Shown here: positions 28,248 to 37,470 of the stretch, in pieces | How the letters are laid out: each line of letters starts with the position of its first letter | Position numbering within the stretch: position 1 is the first letter of the stretch | Assembly (NCBI GenBank): GCA_019322475.1 | Contig: JAHWIN010000011.1 | Coordinates: 495-64,494 of the forward strand | DNA from: Candidatus Woesearchaeota archaeon | Lineage (GTDB): Archaea; Nanobdellota; Nanobdellia; Woesearchaeales; JACPBV01 | Length of the DNA: 64,000 bases | Direction: 5' to 3' | Position numbers and translations under genes: made by a program | Notes under the pieces: generated by a model | Seen by the model: only the letters and a program-made list of their open reading frames with translations | The model's database searches: none | What the model was told of the DNA's origin: nothing

Positions 28248-29045
28248 TTAACCTTCTTCTTCCCCCTTATCCTCTGGAATGCATGTCTCTTTATAGCATA
28301 TCCCTGTTACGCCCTTGTATTTTTGTATATAAACCGCCCTGTTTCTTTGGTCAAATACGAGGGGGGAACTGGTGCTATGGAAAGATCCCTCACTGTCTGC
28401 TACCAGGGTATATCCCCAAAGGGCTATGCTCATCAATGTATTTTCTGCACTCTCCTTATTATATCTCTCAAAAGTAAAACCTCCCTTTAGGAAAAAATTT
28501 TGGTAAAAAGGCTTTACATCCATCTCTATATCTTTTAATGGAACATCCGATAAAAAATCAACATAATCCATACTCATGCATTTGGCTTTATGGTTGCAGA
28601 AAACCTCTTCAACACCGCCTATCTCTTCACCTTGCCATCCTTCCTGGCATAGGCAAACACATGCTTTCCTGTCTTCACAATTATCCGGCCGTTTAATTAC
28701 TATTGCTTTTTTATATCTGCCTGTAACACGCTCATAAGCCCCGATGCTTATCTCCTCAGAATACTTAGAAAATCCGTATATTGCAGTTCCTTTGTCCATT
28801 ATTAGGTTCATGCTTCTTGTACCGCCCTCTTCAGTCTCTTTTATCACTTCTATAAACCTGTTAAAAGACTGCTCTCCTCCGCTCGTCACCCTAAATAGTG
28901 ACTTTGCCAGGAATATTGCTGATAAGAAGAACAAGAGGGCTATGATTAGCCTTAGCAGGAACTCAGTCATAAGCCCTCTTCTTTTTTTTGCTATAGAAAA
29001 ATCTAAGATGCCTCTGCATTTTCTTGATTTTTTAGATGAACTCAT
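28248..29045 (-). CDS. cysteine-rich pilin-like protein (class III signal peptide)
   Basis: 'KKRRGL' followed by 'MTEFLLRLIIALLFFLSAIF'. The ectodomain contains the Cys cluster 'CEDRKACVCLCQEGW...CNHKAKC'. Confidence 0.45.
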   Translation of the reverse strand: MSSSKKSRKCRGILDFSIAKKRRGLMTEFLLRLIIALLFFLSAIFLAKSLFRVTSGGEQSFNRFIEVIKETEEGGTRSMNLIMDKGTAIYGFSKYSEEISIGAYERVTGRYKKAIVIKRPDNCEDRKACVCLCQEGWQGEEIGGVEEVFCNHKAKCMSMDYVDFLSDVPLKDIEMDVKPFYQNFFLKGGFTFERYNKESAENTLMSIALWGYTLVADSEGSFHSTSSPLVFDQRNRAVYIQKYKGVTGICYKETCIPEDKGEEEG

Positions 29046-29073
29046 TGTTTTTTAACACCAATCCATGTTTCTA

Positions 29074-29418
29074 TTAAGTTTTTTCTACTTCCTTTTTCTG
29101 AGGAGTTATACATTTTCTGTCTATGCTGGTAGGGTCTTTCTCATAATCTTCTAAATCCTTTTTACTGACACATCCCCCAAACTCGCTTACCCCTGGATCA
29201 CATGGGCATTTATCCACCATGTCAAGGATATTGTCTCCATCCCAATCCCCTATCAGGCTGTGCGCCTGTCTGGACTCTTTTCCTATAAGGCTGTTGAATA
29301 TCAGCAATAAGACAGTAGCAGTTACTAAAAGGATTGCTGCAACTATGACAACTGTCAATGACATCTCTATAGCTTTTTTATTCTTTCTCATTTTTACACC
29401 TCTCCTATATTCTCCCAA
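29074..29418 (-). CDS. small pilin-like protein (class III signal peptide)
   Basis: 'NKKAI' followed by 'EMSLTVVIVAAILLVTATVLLLIF', then a CxC-containing C-terminal domain. Confidence 0.45.
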   Translation of the reverse strand: MGEYRRGVKMRKNKKAIEMSLTVVIVAAILLVTATVLLLIFNSLIGKESRQAHSLIGDWDGDNILDMVDKCPCDPGVSEFGGCVSKKDLEDYEKDPTSIDRKCITPQKKEVEKT

Positions 29419-29440
29419 GTTCTATCTTTAATCTTGAACT

Positions 29441-30928
29441 CTAAGCCAATATCAGTTTACACTCCTTTGAGCCTTTCTCAGCGACAAAAAAGCTGTGTTT
29501 ATATTGTTTGTCTATGTTTACACATTCCTCCCTTGTAACGCTTGGAGTGATTCCAACAAACATATCCTTTGCCTCATCAAAAGAAGCGCAGTACCCCATA
29601 TCATCGATGCACCCTTCATCTATATTATCCACTAATTTATCATAAAATATAGCATAATGCGGCCTAAATGCCTCTATCAGGGTCAGAGAGCATTGCTTTC
29701 TTGTGACTATCCAGTTTCCATAAGCAGACGTTTTTTCTATAGTTTCCATAACATTTTCCTCAACCTTATCTATGTAACCTTCTTTTTTCCCATATCTGGC
29801 TAATTCTCTAAGTATCTTATCAGAGGGATTTAGCTTGCCGATCATAAAATAATTCCATAAGGCATGATAAGCTATACATATGCCTTCATCACTATCTTTT
29901 TTATCTTTTTCTTCTTTTAAGCTTTCATCTACTGCAAACTCAGTAAGCATAAGATTAAACTGGGTACACGGAGGCTCAAAGCTGAACCAGGGATTGTCTT
30001 TGTTTGTCCAGCCCTCCGAAGAGTCGCAGATGCAATTAGCCCCTTTAGAGGATTCACCTTCACAGAATAAGCTTTCTGCTTTGACGCATGGAGGATCAAA
30101 GCTTGCCCATGGCTCTTTCTCATTCACGCACCCTTCTTCTATGTTGCAGATTTGTTTTCCATCCTTCATTACCTGGCAGTATTTTTTAGTGCATTCCCTC
30201 CCATTCTCAGTTCTTGTTTTCATATCATTGTTATCAAAACCATGCAGGCCTGGGATATAACCAACACCATAGGTCTTTCCAGTTTCAGGATCGATCACCC
30301 GGTCATCAGTAAAGAAACAGGCAAGATTTTCCCCTTCAGGCTTGTACAATGCAGGATACTTTGGAAAAAGATAATAAGGATTTGTATTTCCAAAATATAT
30401 TGCATTTCTTTTTTTGATTTCTGCCCTTTCCAACTTAGCATATTTAGCGACTATATCATCATCTTTATCAGGGATGGCTATGCAGGGCATTATCCCCTCA
30501 ACAAAATGATCAGCGACACGCTGTTTTTTAACATTAAGCAGCCTCATGTTCGTCCCTTTTTTTTCCTCAACATACTCAAGTTCTATTGTATACTCCTTCA
30601 TTTCTAAAGTGCCATAGCCGGAAAAGCAGTCATTATCCTCTTTGCATAAGGCAAACGCTTCATATAAGCTGTCAAATATGTTTTTAATCTCCTCTGGAAC
30701 AGCCTCTTCCGGAGAAATCTCCTTTTCATATCTCCCGGGCAAAAATCTTTCAAAGCCCTTAGCTGCTTCCGCCGCCCTGGGTATAAGCCCTCCAGAAGAA
30801 AAAAATATGCCTCCTATGATAATAAAGACTATTAGTAAGATGGAGATTGTCATAACAGTCCCTGAAATGGCTTTTTTATTCATTAAACTTAACCCCTCTA
30901 CACCACTTGCTTCTCCAATAAATAACAA
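29441..30928 (-). CDS. large cysteine-rich pilin-like/adhesin protein with internal W-x-SF-[DE]-PPC repeats
   Basis: N-terminal 'NKKAI' followed by 'SGTVMTISILLIVFIIIGGIFF'. The ectodomain repeats 'KEPWASFDPPC' and 'DNPWFSFEPPC' between Cys-rich segments. Confidence 0.45.
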   Translation of the reverse strand: MLFIGEASGVEGLSLMNKKAISGTVMTISILLIVFIIIGGIFFSSGGLIPRAAEAAKGFERFLPGRYEKEISPEEAVPEEIKNIFDSLYEAFALCKEDNDCFSGYGTLEMKEYTIELEYVEEKKGTNMRLLNVKKQRVADHFVEGIMPCIAIPDKDDDIVAKYAKLERAEIKKRNAIYFGNTNPYYLFPKYPALYKPEGENLACFFTDDRVIDPETGKTYGVGYIPGLHGFDNNDMKTRTENGRECTKKYCQVMKDGKQICNIEEGCVNEKEPWASFDPPCVKAESLFCEGESSKGANCICDSSEGWTNKDNPWFSFEPPCTQFNLMLTEFAVDESLKEEKDKKDSDEGICIAYHALWNYFMIGKLNPSDKILRELARYGKKEGYIDKVEENVMETIEKTSAYGNWIVTRKQCSLTLIEAFRPHYAIFYDKLVDNIDEGCIDDMGYCASFDEAKDMFVGITPSVTREECVNIDKQYKHSFFVAEKGSKECKLILA

Positions 30929-31105
30929 GTCTTGTTTCTATCTCAATCTTAATCTATTTCCACCCAAAAAACCGGTTTACTATGCCTATTATCTGCTCCC
31001 TCAATCCTCCATAAAAAAATAGTATAAAGATGGCAAATAAAAATAATAGCGCCCACCATATCACTTTTTCCCATGGAAGCGCCAAAGCGCCTTTTTTATC
31101 TTTCA

Positions 31106-32125
31106 TTATTCACCACTAATATCTGATTGTATATCACAAAGGCCTTCAACATCATTCAGCCGTGAGATAAGTATAGCGTTTGTTACTTCTTCCGGATAAG
31201 GGTCACTCTTCCACAAAAATCTTCTTAGATCCCCAAATAGGGCAGTCTTTGATACATATGTTATTGCATACGTCTCTTCCAATGGCCTAAAATCTTCGAT
31301 GCCTTCAACATCAATGATTGCCTTGCCTTCCCCTTCATACTCTTGGATATACCTTTCATAACTTAAAAAATTATTTTCCTCTATGCAGCATTTCTCTCCC
31401 TCGCTTCCCTTGCATGACCATCCTTTATATTCTTCCAGCCCCTCGCCACATTCATCACTGCATACCCCCCCTTTATTTAAGCACTCTACTTTTTTATTGC
31501 AGCATACCTCTTTTTTTATCTCTCCATCCACCTTTTTGCTCGGGCATCTGCTGGATGGTGTTTCTTTTTCATCGCTTTCACACACCTCTCTGCACCAGCC
31601 CCCTCCTTGTATATTGCATTTGTTGCTCTTATCTATCACGATATGCTGGGTATCCTGAAGAAACTGCTTTAATCCTGTAGCAGAAAAAGATCCTACATCC
31701 TTGTTTATGTTGAAATCATAGCATATAAAGCATTTCTTTTCTCCTGTCCATGTAGTCCCGAACATATCATCTTTTGTCCCTTCCAGCCACATCCACCAGC
31801 ATCTGGCTGCCAGATCCCCTATCTCCATCATGGCCCCCTCAGTCTCATCCCCTGTATACTTTACATAACCTGGATCAGGTACATCTTTATGGATAATTTT
31901 GCATGTCCTTGGAGCCAGGTTAAAAAGGGTAAATCCGAACTTCTCAACCTCTGTTTTTGTCCTAAGTGCGTTAAAGCCCCTGCATAGCTGTTCAGATGTT
32001 GCTGCTTCTGCCTTGGAAAAAAACATCCCATGTAGGTTTACGATCATAAGCGCAGAAAAAAGCAGGATGGTAGTGGATACAATAAACTTCATCCCCAGGG
32101 CTTTCTTATTTCGACCTGATAACAT
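31106..32125 (-). CDS. secreted cysteine-rich protein (possible pilin/adhesin)
   Basis: N-terminal 'NKKAL' followed by 'GMKFIVSTTILLFSALMIV'. A dense Cys block 'CREVCESDE...CCNKKVECLNKGGVCSDECGEG...CKGSEGEKCC'. Confidence 0.4.
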   Translation of the reverse strand: MLSGRNKKALGMKFIVSTTILLFSALMIVNLHGMFFSKAEAATSEQLCRGFNALRTKTEVEKFGFTLFNLAPRTCKIIHKDVPDPGYVKYTGDETEGAMMEIGDLAARCWWMWLEGTKDDMFGTTWTGEKKCFICYDFNINKDVGSFSATGLKQFLQDTQHIVIDKSNKCNIQGGGWCREVCESDEKETPSSRCPSKKVDGEIKKEVCCNKKVECLNKGGVCSDECGEGLEEYKGWSCKGSEGEKCCIEENNFLSYERYIQEYEGEGKAIIDVEGIEDFRPLEETYAITYVSKTALFGDLRRFLWKSDPYPEEVTNAILISRLNDVEGLCDIQSDISGE

Positions 32126-32434
32126 TAATTATCCCCCTTAACATTAAGAAGAAAACTACTGTAAGGAATAATGCCACTATAATCTTAAATAAGTCCGCTG
32201 ACAGACCCTTCTTCCACCTCATCATCCTACTCTCGAAAACCATAGTCATCTACAGGCGTAATTTCTATTTAAATCTTTTGAATCCTCCCGAAGAAAACAG
32301 TCCATTCTTTAAAAAAAAGCTCTGCATATAATCCATCCTCTGGCAGGCATGATGCTCAAAACACCATATAATCAAGCTAAGATCCTTCATAAAAACAGTT
32401 AACCTTAAATAAAAGTACATACTTAGTACGTATT

Positions 32435-33214
32435 ATGCAGAAACTGGTATTCAGGAAAAAAGTATCTAAAGGAAGCAGGTTTAATCAGATATATATCCCC
32501 AAATGCCTTGAAAACAGGATATCAGTGGGGGATGAGGTAGAGGTAAGGCTGGTAAAAAAGCATATAGGCCTTTACTATTCCAGGGGATTAGGAAAATTGT
32601 CCGCTTTCAAGGAGAACCTGATAAGGGACATCTTCTCTTTCCTGGAAAGTTTCGATAAGATCCTGAACATATTTGTAGTAGGCTCATTTTTATCCATGAA
32701 GATAGATTACAATGACATAGACATAGTTATAATAACTGAAGAGAGGGAAGATGGCATCGAAGAGCAGGTTTATGGCAAGCTTATAGATAAGTTCAACCTA
32801 AAGTTCCATATCCTCAATATAGGGAGGAAAAAGCTGGAATACCTGCTTAAGGCCTGCCCCCTGACCAGGGCCATGTTCAGCCTTTATGTCAGCAATAAAG
32901 ACGTCAATTTAGAAAAAAAGAAAATAATCGATAAAAATCATCTAAGCTTTTTGCTTATGATGCCCGAAGACCTGCTTGAGATAAGGCTAAGCAGCAGGGT
33001 CTTTTTCGATAACCTAAGGAGGTTGATAGTTATTGAAATGTTTTTAGATGATAAAAGTTTAGAGCTAGAGGATGTAAGCTCGGAATTAAGCGATTTGATA
33101 GGTAAAAGGCTATACCAAAGGATGAAAGATAACCTGGAGGTAGAAGAGAGGGTTGTTGGAGATATGAGGGCTGTCATAAAGGCAAAGCTGATAAGGATAA
33201 GAAAGATGATCTAG
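32435..33214 (+). CDS. nucleotidyltransferase-domain protein with an N-terminal AbrB/SpoVT-like domain
   Basis: 'QIYIPKCLENRISVGDEVEVRLV' resembles a swapped-hairpin AbrB-like barrel. 'VVGSFLSMKIDYNDIDIVII' is the minimal-NTase GS...D.D motif. Confidence 0.5.
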   Translation: MQKLVFRKKVSKGSRFNQIYIPKCLENRISVGDEVEVRLVKKHIGLYYSRGLGKLSAFKENLIRDIFSFLESFDKILNIFVVGSFLSMKIDYNDIDIVIITEEREDGIEEQVYGKLIDKFNLKFHILNIGRKKLEYLLKACPLTRAMFSLYVSNKDVNLEKKKIIDKNHLSFLLMMPEDLLEIRLSSRVFFDNLRRLIVIEMFLDDKSLELEDVSSELSDLIGKRLYQRMKDNLEVEERVVGDMRAVIKAKLIRIRKMI

Positions 33215-33220
33215 ATTAAG

Positions 33221-33538
33221 ATGGGGAAAAAAGGCGATATAGACCAATTGGCCAATATAATGTCAAGGGCATTAAGGCATAAGATAGGCTCGATAGTCAA
33301 CAAGGACGAGTTCTACGCTGAAAGATACTCAAGAGATTCTGAAAACCTTATGAAAGAGGCTGAAAAGGTCCTGGACAGAAGAAAATGGAACAAGGAGGAT
33401 AAGGCAGATATCAGGGAAAGATTGAAGGAGAAGCTGCTTAAAGAGCTGAAAGAAAAGGATTTTCTTGACCAAAAGAAATTTGATATCATGGATGAAGAGG
33501 CGGATAAGGCTTTAGAAAGGTTCGGGTTGATGCCTTGA
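33221..33538 (+). CDS. hypothetical charged helical protein (possible partner of the upstream NTase)
   Basis: 105-aa Lys/Glu-rich protein, 7 nt downstream of the NTase gene. Confidence 0.3.
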   Translation: MGKKGDIDQLANIMSRALRHKIGSIVNKDEFYAERYSRDSENLMKEAEKVLDRRKWNKEDKADIRERLKEKLLKELKEKDFLDQKKFDIMDEEADKALERFGLMP

Positions 33539-33540
33539 TA

Positions 33541-33798
33541 TCATCCAACACAACACGCGCTCTCAGGCTCATCGCAGTCAGACCAGCCCCCTTCCTTGGG
33601 AGTAATCTCATTGCCCGAATAAGGCTTGCAGCAGTAGTTCGTAGTCCCTGAAATCCTGCATACGTTTACAGAAGAGCTTTGCTCTGTCTTTTTAACATTC
33701 TCTTCAAAATTAGCCATCCAGGAAAAGATAAGCACAGCGACAATGACAAGGACTACTATAGAAAAGATAGTTGTCTTAGAAACACCTCTATTGTCCAT
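33541..33798 (-). CDS. small cysteine-containing pilin (class III signal peptide, 'CCKP' motif)
   Basis: 'NRGVSKTTIFSIVVLVIVAVLIF' prepilin-like N-terminus. The C-terminal domain has 'YCCKPYSG' and a terminal 'ACC'. Confidence 0.5.
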   Translation of the reverse strand: MDNRGVSKTTIFSIVVLVIVAVLIFSWMANFEENVKKTEQSSSVNVCRISGTTNYCCKPYSGNEITPKEGGWSDCDEPESACCVG

Positions 33799-33827
33799 TT
33801 TAAATAAAAAAAGAAAAAATAAAAAGA

Positions 33828-34223
33828 TTAGCAGTCGTTTTTATCTATGGTTGTCCATATGCATCCTGCATGTTCTGGAGATTCGCATGCTGTCCTATCA
33901 TTGCTGAAAACACCGCAGTCCTTTCCATCATCTCCATAAGTTTCAGTGCATGCCTCTGCTTTTGTAGGCTTGCAGCAGATCTCTCCTGCAGTGACGTCTG
34001 AGAATTGCCCGTATACCCTTAGGCATATAGAGCTGCACCCTTCAATCTCGCTCTTTACCAGACCGTTAGCCTCAGCGCATGTCCCTCCTTTCGTGACATC
34101 AGAGACGCCCTTGCTGAAGACCCCCATCCTGCCTGTAAATACAGCCCATAGGACCACCAGCACGATAAGGACTATAGCTGCTATTATTATCGTGTTCAGG
34201 CTCAATCCTTGTCCCTTTTTCAT
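33828..34223 (-). CDS. small cysteine-rich pilin (class III signal peptide, 'CCKP' motif)
   Basis: 'MKKGQ' followed by 'GLSLNTIIIAAIVLIVLVVLW' is a textbook archaeal prepilin N-terminus. The ectodomain has ten Cys including 'EICCKPTKAE'. Confidence 0.55.
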   Translation of the reverse strand: MKKGQGLSLNTIIIAAIVLIVLVVLWAVFTGRMGVFSKGVSDVTKGGTCAEANGLVKSEIEGCSSICLRVYGQFSDVTAGEICCKPTKAEACTETYGDDGKDCGVFSNDRTACESPEHAGCIWTTIDKNDC

Positions 34224-34324
34224 AATTATGCACCTCTTTGTTTATTCTAAATGCTGATTATACCTTATAACTATTGTATGTTATATTTAAAACTTTCGGG
34301 TCGTGCTTAAAAAACAGCATTATT

Positions 34325-34819
34325 TTAGCATATGTCTATAGACAGATAAAGTATCTTTTCACCGGAAGCGTCTATAGGTATGGGGTCTGTCTTATGCTTC
34401 TTTTCCCCCGGGCATCCTCTTTCGCTTTTCACATCGACTATTGTCGCCTCCTCCGCCCTTGCCTCAAAATCATAATTTATGTGCCATTTTTCAAGCGTTT
34501 GGTTAAGTATATCCTTCGTCATCTCATTTATATACTGGCAGGAGCTTTTCCCGCCCCTGCACATAACCTGCGGATTCTCATGATCCCTCCCGCAGTCTTT
34601 ATAGAGCTCTTTTATGCTCATCCTGTGGGTGCTGCAGTTCTCTGTAGTTGTTCCCATAAGGGTGCTTAAGATGTTGGAGGCAATCTCAGTCTGCGTATAC
34701 CCTTTTTTGTACTCAAAAGGCTCTTTTAGCATTATGAACCTGATAGCAAAAAGCATGATTATTGATATCAGTATGACTATTATAGCGAGCCCCATTATCT
34801 CCATCTGTGCTTTTTTCAT
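34325..34819 (-). CDS. pilin-like protein (class III signal peptide)
   Basis: 'MKKAQ' followed by '[19 protein letters not shown]'. The globular domain carries eight Cys. Confidence 0.5.
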   Translation of the reverse strand: MKKAQMEIMGLAIIVILISIIMLFAIRFIMLKEPFEYKKGYTQTEIASNILSTLMGTTTENCSTHRMSIKELYKDCGRDHENPQVMCRGGKSSCQYINEMTKDILNQTLEKWHINYDFEARAEEATIVDVKSERGCPGEKKHKTDPIPIDASGEKILYLSIDIC

Positions 34820-34918
34820 ATTATAGCAAGCGACACAAATTTTTATACAATATACAGGTCACTTGCTTATTACTAAAAGACAAGATTTGTTCAAAAACTT
34901 TTCTTTTAGTATAATCGT

Positions 34919-35422
34919 TCACTTTTTATAAAATTCTATGGCCAGGATCCCAAAGCCGATATCCTCTGAAGTTCCGTTGAATAAGGAGACAGGTATGAAT
35001 GTTGAAAGCCTGTTCGAATAGTTTGCCATGGTGCCGTTATATAATATCCACATTTTTTTTTCTGGAAATATCTCTTCAACCCATATCCTGCTGGACTCAA
35101 AAACATCGTAATAATATATGTTGTTTTCCCTTACAGTCCCGGAAGCGGCCTCCAGCTTCATGATGTCTATGCACCCCTCTGTTATTATGTTCTCTCTGGA
35201 GCATTGAAGCTCAGGAAGGAATGAAGCCTTCTGCGCTGCCTGTATGGCCTCCAGCTGGATGTTCTCCTCCATCTCCGTCTTTGAAGACCCGCTTATGACA
35301 TTCATGTAGAAGACAAAGCCGAACATTACAAATACTATGAAGATGAAGAGTATGGCCACGGATTCGCCCATCTGTATCTGTGCTTTTTCATCCTTCATTT
35401 TTTTCAGTAGATAAGTGTGCAT
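34919..35422 (-). CDS. pilin-like protein (class III signal peptide)
   Basis: 'DEKAQ' followed by 'IQMGESVAILFIFIVFVMF'. Confidence 0.45.
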   Translation of the reverse strand: MHTYLLKKMKDEKAQIQMGESVAILFIFIVFVMFGFVFYMNVISGSSKTEMEENIQLEAIQAAQKASFLPELQCSRENIITEGCIDIMKLEAASGTVRENNIYYYDVFESSRIWVEEIFPEKKMWILYNGTMANYSNRLSTFIPVSLFNGTSEDIGFGILAIEFYKK

Positions 35423-36465
35423 GAGTGCAGCTTTGCCAGGTTGTTTGCGCTTCCCTCTTCCCCGCTTATGTCCTTTGCAGCATCCTTTATGTCATCCATA
35501 TCCTCCTGACTAGTGCCTGGAAAATCAGAAGCCATCTTTTCTGATCCTTCCTTTATGGTTTCTATGCCTGTTATTGCATGGTCATATGCAGTTGAGCAAT
35601 GGCTATTTCCTGCATATACCACTTTCATCCTGGACGACCTGTTAAGGTAAACCCTGCTTACCAGGCTTAGTTTTCTGAAAGCCTTCCTCATCACACAGTC
35701 ATACATCTCCTTGTCTTCTGCAAATATCGCCCCAAATAAGCTTTCTTCCTTTAGGTAATGGCTTTTTCCCTCTGATCTCCACTCTGCCCCGTTCTTTTCC
35801 AGAAACTCTATCGTTCCTGTAGGCTCTATAAGGCTTGAATCCTTCAATGTAGTAAGATTGGCTGCTGTTAAGCTTTCATCATCCATCCCGCTAAGCTTTT
35901 GCAGTATGGCATCAGCATTGGAATTGCCCAGCAGTATTACCTTGACCTTATAGTTGTTCTTGTCTATCAGGCTGCCAAGCTCTGCTTCTGTAGTTAATTC
36001 CTTGTTCATCTCCTTTGGCAGCTTATCATAGATCCTCTGCCCCAGCCCCTCATTGTTGTCGACTATTATATACCTTAGCTGAGGATCTGTAAGATAAAGG
36101 AAGTTGGTTGCCCTGTAAGGCACGTTCCAGTCCAGTGCCCAGGTTATCATCTCTTTGCCCTTCAATACCCCTGGAGAGAATATAACATTGCCCCTTGTCG
36201 ATTTTGGGCTCACCCCTATAAAGTACCTGTTGCACTCAAATCCTATGTCAATGTTAGGCAGGTCTATGATATTGACGGTATTCATGGAAGCCTGGGCCCC
36301 CGTAAGCAGGGACTCAAGCTTTGTGACTATGCTTCCTTCAGTCCTTACTTCAGAGAATTCCCTCTGTTTATTGACAACATTTATGAAGAATATGAATATG
36401 ACAGCCCCCGCTATAAGTATGAATATCCAGTTGAAATGTACCTCTATCATGCCTCTTTTTTCCAT
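35404..36465 (-). CDS. large pilin-like protein (class III signal peptide) at the head of the five-gene pilin sub-cluster
   Basis: 'MEKRG' followed by 'MIEVHFNWIFILIAGAVIFIFF', then a 320-aa globular domain with no nucleotide-binding motif. Confidence 0.45.
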   Translation of the reverse strand: MEKRGMIEVHFNWIFILIAGAVIFIFFINVVNKQREFSEVRTEGSIVTKLESLLTGAQASMNTVNIIDLPNIDIGFECNRYFIGVSPKSTRGNVIFSPGVLKGKEMITWALDWNVPYRATNFLYLTDPQLRYIIVDNNEGLGQRIYDKLPKEMNKELTTEAELGSLIDKNNYKVKVILLGNSNADAILQKLSGMDDESLTAANLTTLKDSSLIEPTGTIEFLEKNGAEWRSEGKSHYLKEESLFGAIFAEDKEMYDCVMRKAFRKLSLVSRVYLNRSSRMKVVYAGNSHCSTAYDHAITGIETIKEGSEKMASDFPGTSQEDMDDIKDAAKDISGEEGSANNLAKLHSCTLIY

Positions 36466-36614
36466 CAGAAGCTTTATCTCTTATTGTCTTATTTATATTT
36501 ATTGGAAATTTCGCCTCATGGAAACCCCTGATGACTGTTCCGTGTTTGCCAAGAAAGCAAAAGCTGCGCCTCTCTGGAATAGATTAAAAGATAGAACTAA
36601 ACCCTATATCCCTG

Positions 36615-37211
36615 TTAGATATTCTTATTTTTTGCAGGCGCCTTTTTCCTCTTAGGCATTGCCTTTTCATCGGCTTTCCCGCTTTTATCTTCTTTGCCCT
36701 TTTTTGCCTTATCTTCAGCTACAGCATCCTTTTTGATTTCTTTCTTCTGGATGCCCTTAGCTTCTTTTACAGGCTTTTTCTTTTCCTTAGCTTCTGTTTT
36801 CCCGCCCTTTTTCTTCTCTTCAGAAACATCATTCTGGCCTTCCTTTTTTCCCCTTATCCTTCTTGGCCTTTCTCCTTTCTCCTTTCTCTTTGTTTCCCAC
36901 ACAGGTATATTCAGTTTGTCGAATTCCTTCTTGACATCCTCATGAGAAGCCCCTTTTTTGATATCTATCTTCCTTGAGGTAGGCTCCAGATGCAGCATAT
37001 TGCATTTCCTCCTCCTGACATTGCCGTCTATAAGAACATGATTGTTGTCTAAGATTTCCAGAATTACAGCCTCTCTGCCTGCATCCCTTCCGCATGTCTT
37101 TATGCAGATCCTTCCTGTTTCCATCATTTTTAGTTCCTCCGGTCTCTCTGTATATGGGCATAGTTGCCTTATTGCCCTGGAGACTTCATTCCTTTCTTGC
37201 CTTTTCGACAA
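36615..37211 (-). CDS. rpl14e: ribosomal protein eL14 (KOW) with a lysine-rich C-terminal extension
   Basis: 'GRICIKTCGRDAGREAVILEILDNNHVLIDG' is the L14e KOW core. The C-terminal ~100 aa are K/E-rich. Confidence 0.7.
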   Translation of the reverse strand: MSKRQERNEVSRAIRQLCPYTERPEELKMMETGRICIKTCGRDAGREAVILEILDNNHVLIDGNVRRRKCNMLHLEPTSRKIDIKKGASHEDVKKEFDKLNIPVWETKRKEKGERPRRIRGKKEGQNDVSEEKKKGGKTEAKEKKKPVKEAKGIQKKEIKKDAVAEDKAKKGKEDKSGKADEKAMPKRKKAPAKNKNI

Positions 37212-37455
37212 ACAATGATTTCATGCATCTGCCGCATAGCGCTCCGCCATAAGGCCTGTTCACCTTCTTCCTGCTTTTGGCCATCTTCTTCATCTTATAA
37301 GGCCTCTCTCTGGCTATTCCTGGAAGTACAGCACCGCATTTTCCGCACTTGGCAGCCTTGGGCTTCCTGTGCTTGTAATGGGTTGTAGTCCTGCCTCCGG
37401 GAGTTTTTACACATATCCTCCTTAAAGACCTTGATCTTTTTCTTGGTTGCGGCAT
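37186..37455 (-). CDS. rpl34e: ribosomal protein eL34
   Basis: 'VKTPGGRTTTHYKHRK' and 'CGKCGAVLPG...CGRC' form the zinc-binding eL34 pattern. Confidence 0.7.
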   Translation of the reverse strand: MPQPRKRSRSLRRICVKTPGGRTTTHYKHRKPKAAKCGKCGAVLPGIARERPYKMKKMAKSRKKVNRPYGGALCGRCMKSLFVEKARKE

Positions 37456-37470
37456 TTTACTTTCACAAAT

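Noticed and set aside
24837-36465. A pilus assembly ATPase (FlaI/PilB) or platform protein (FlaJ/PilC) inside the pilin-like locus
   Set aside because: Every ORF was checked for Walker A (GxxxxGK[ST]) and for 7-9-TM platform topology and none qualifies. The only Walker A proteins in the window are RadA, RadB, the UvrD-like helicase and Hef.
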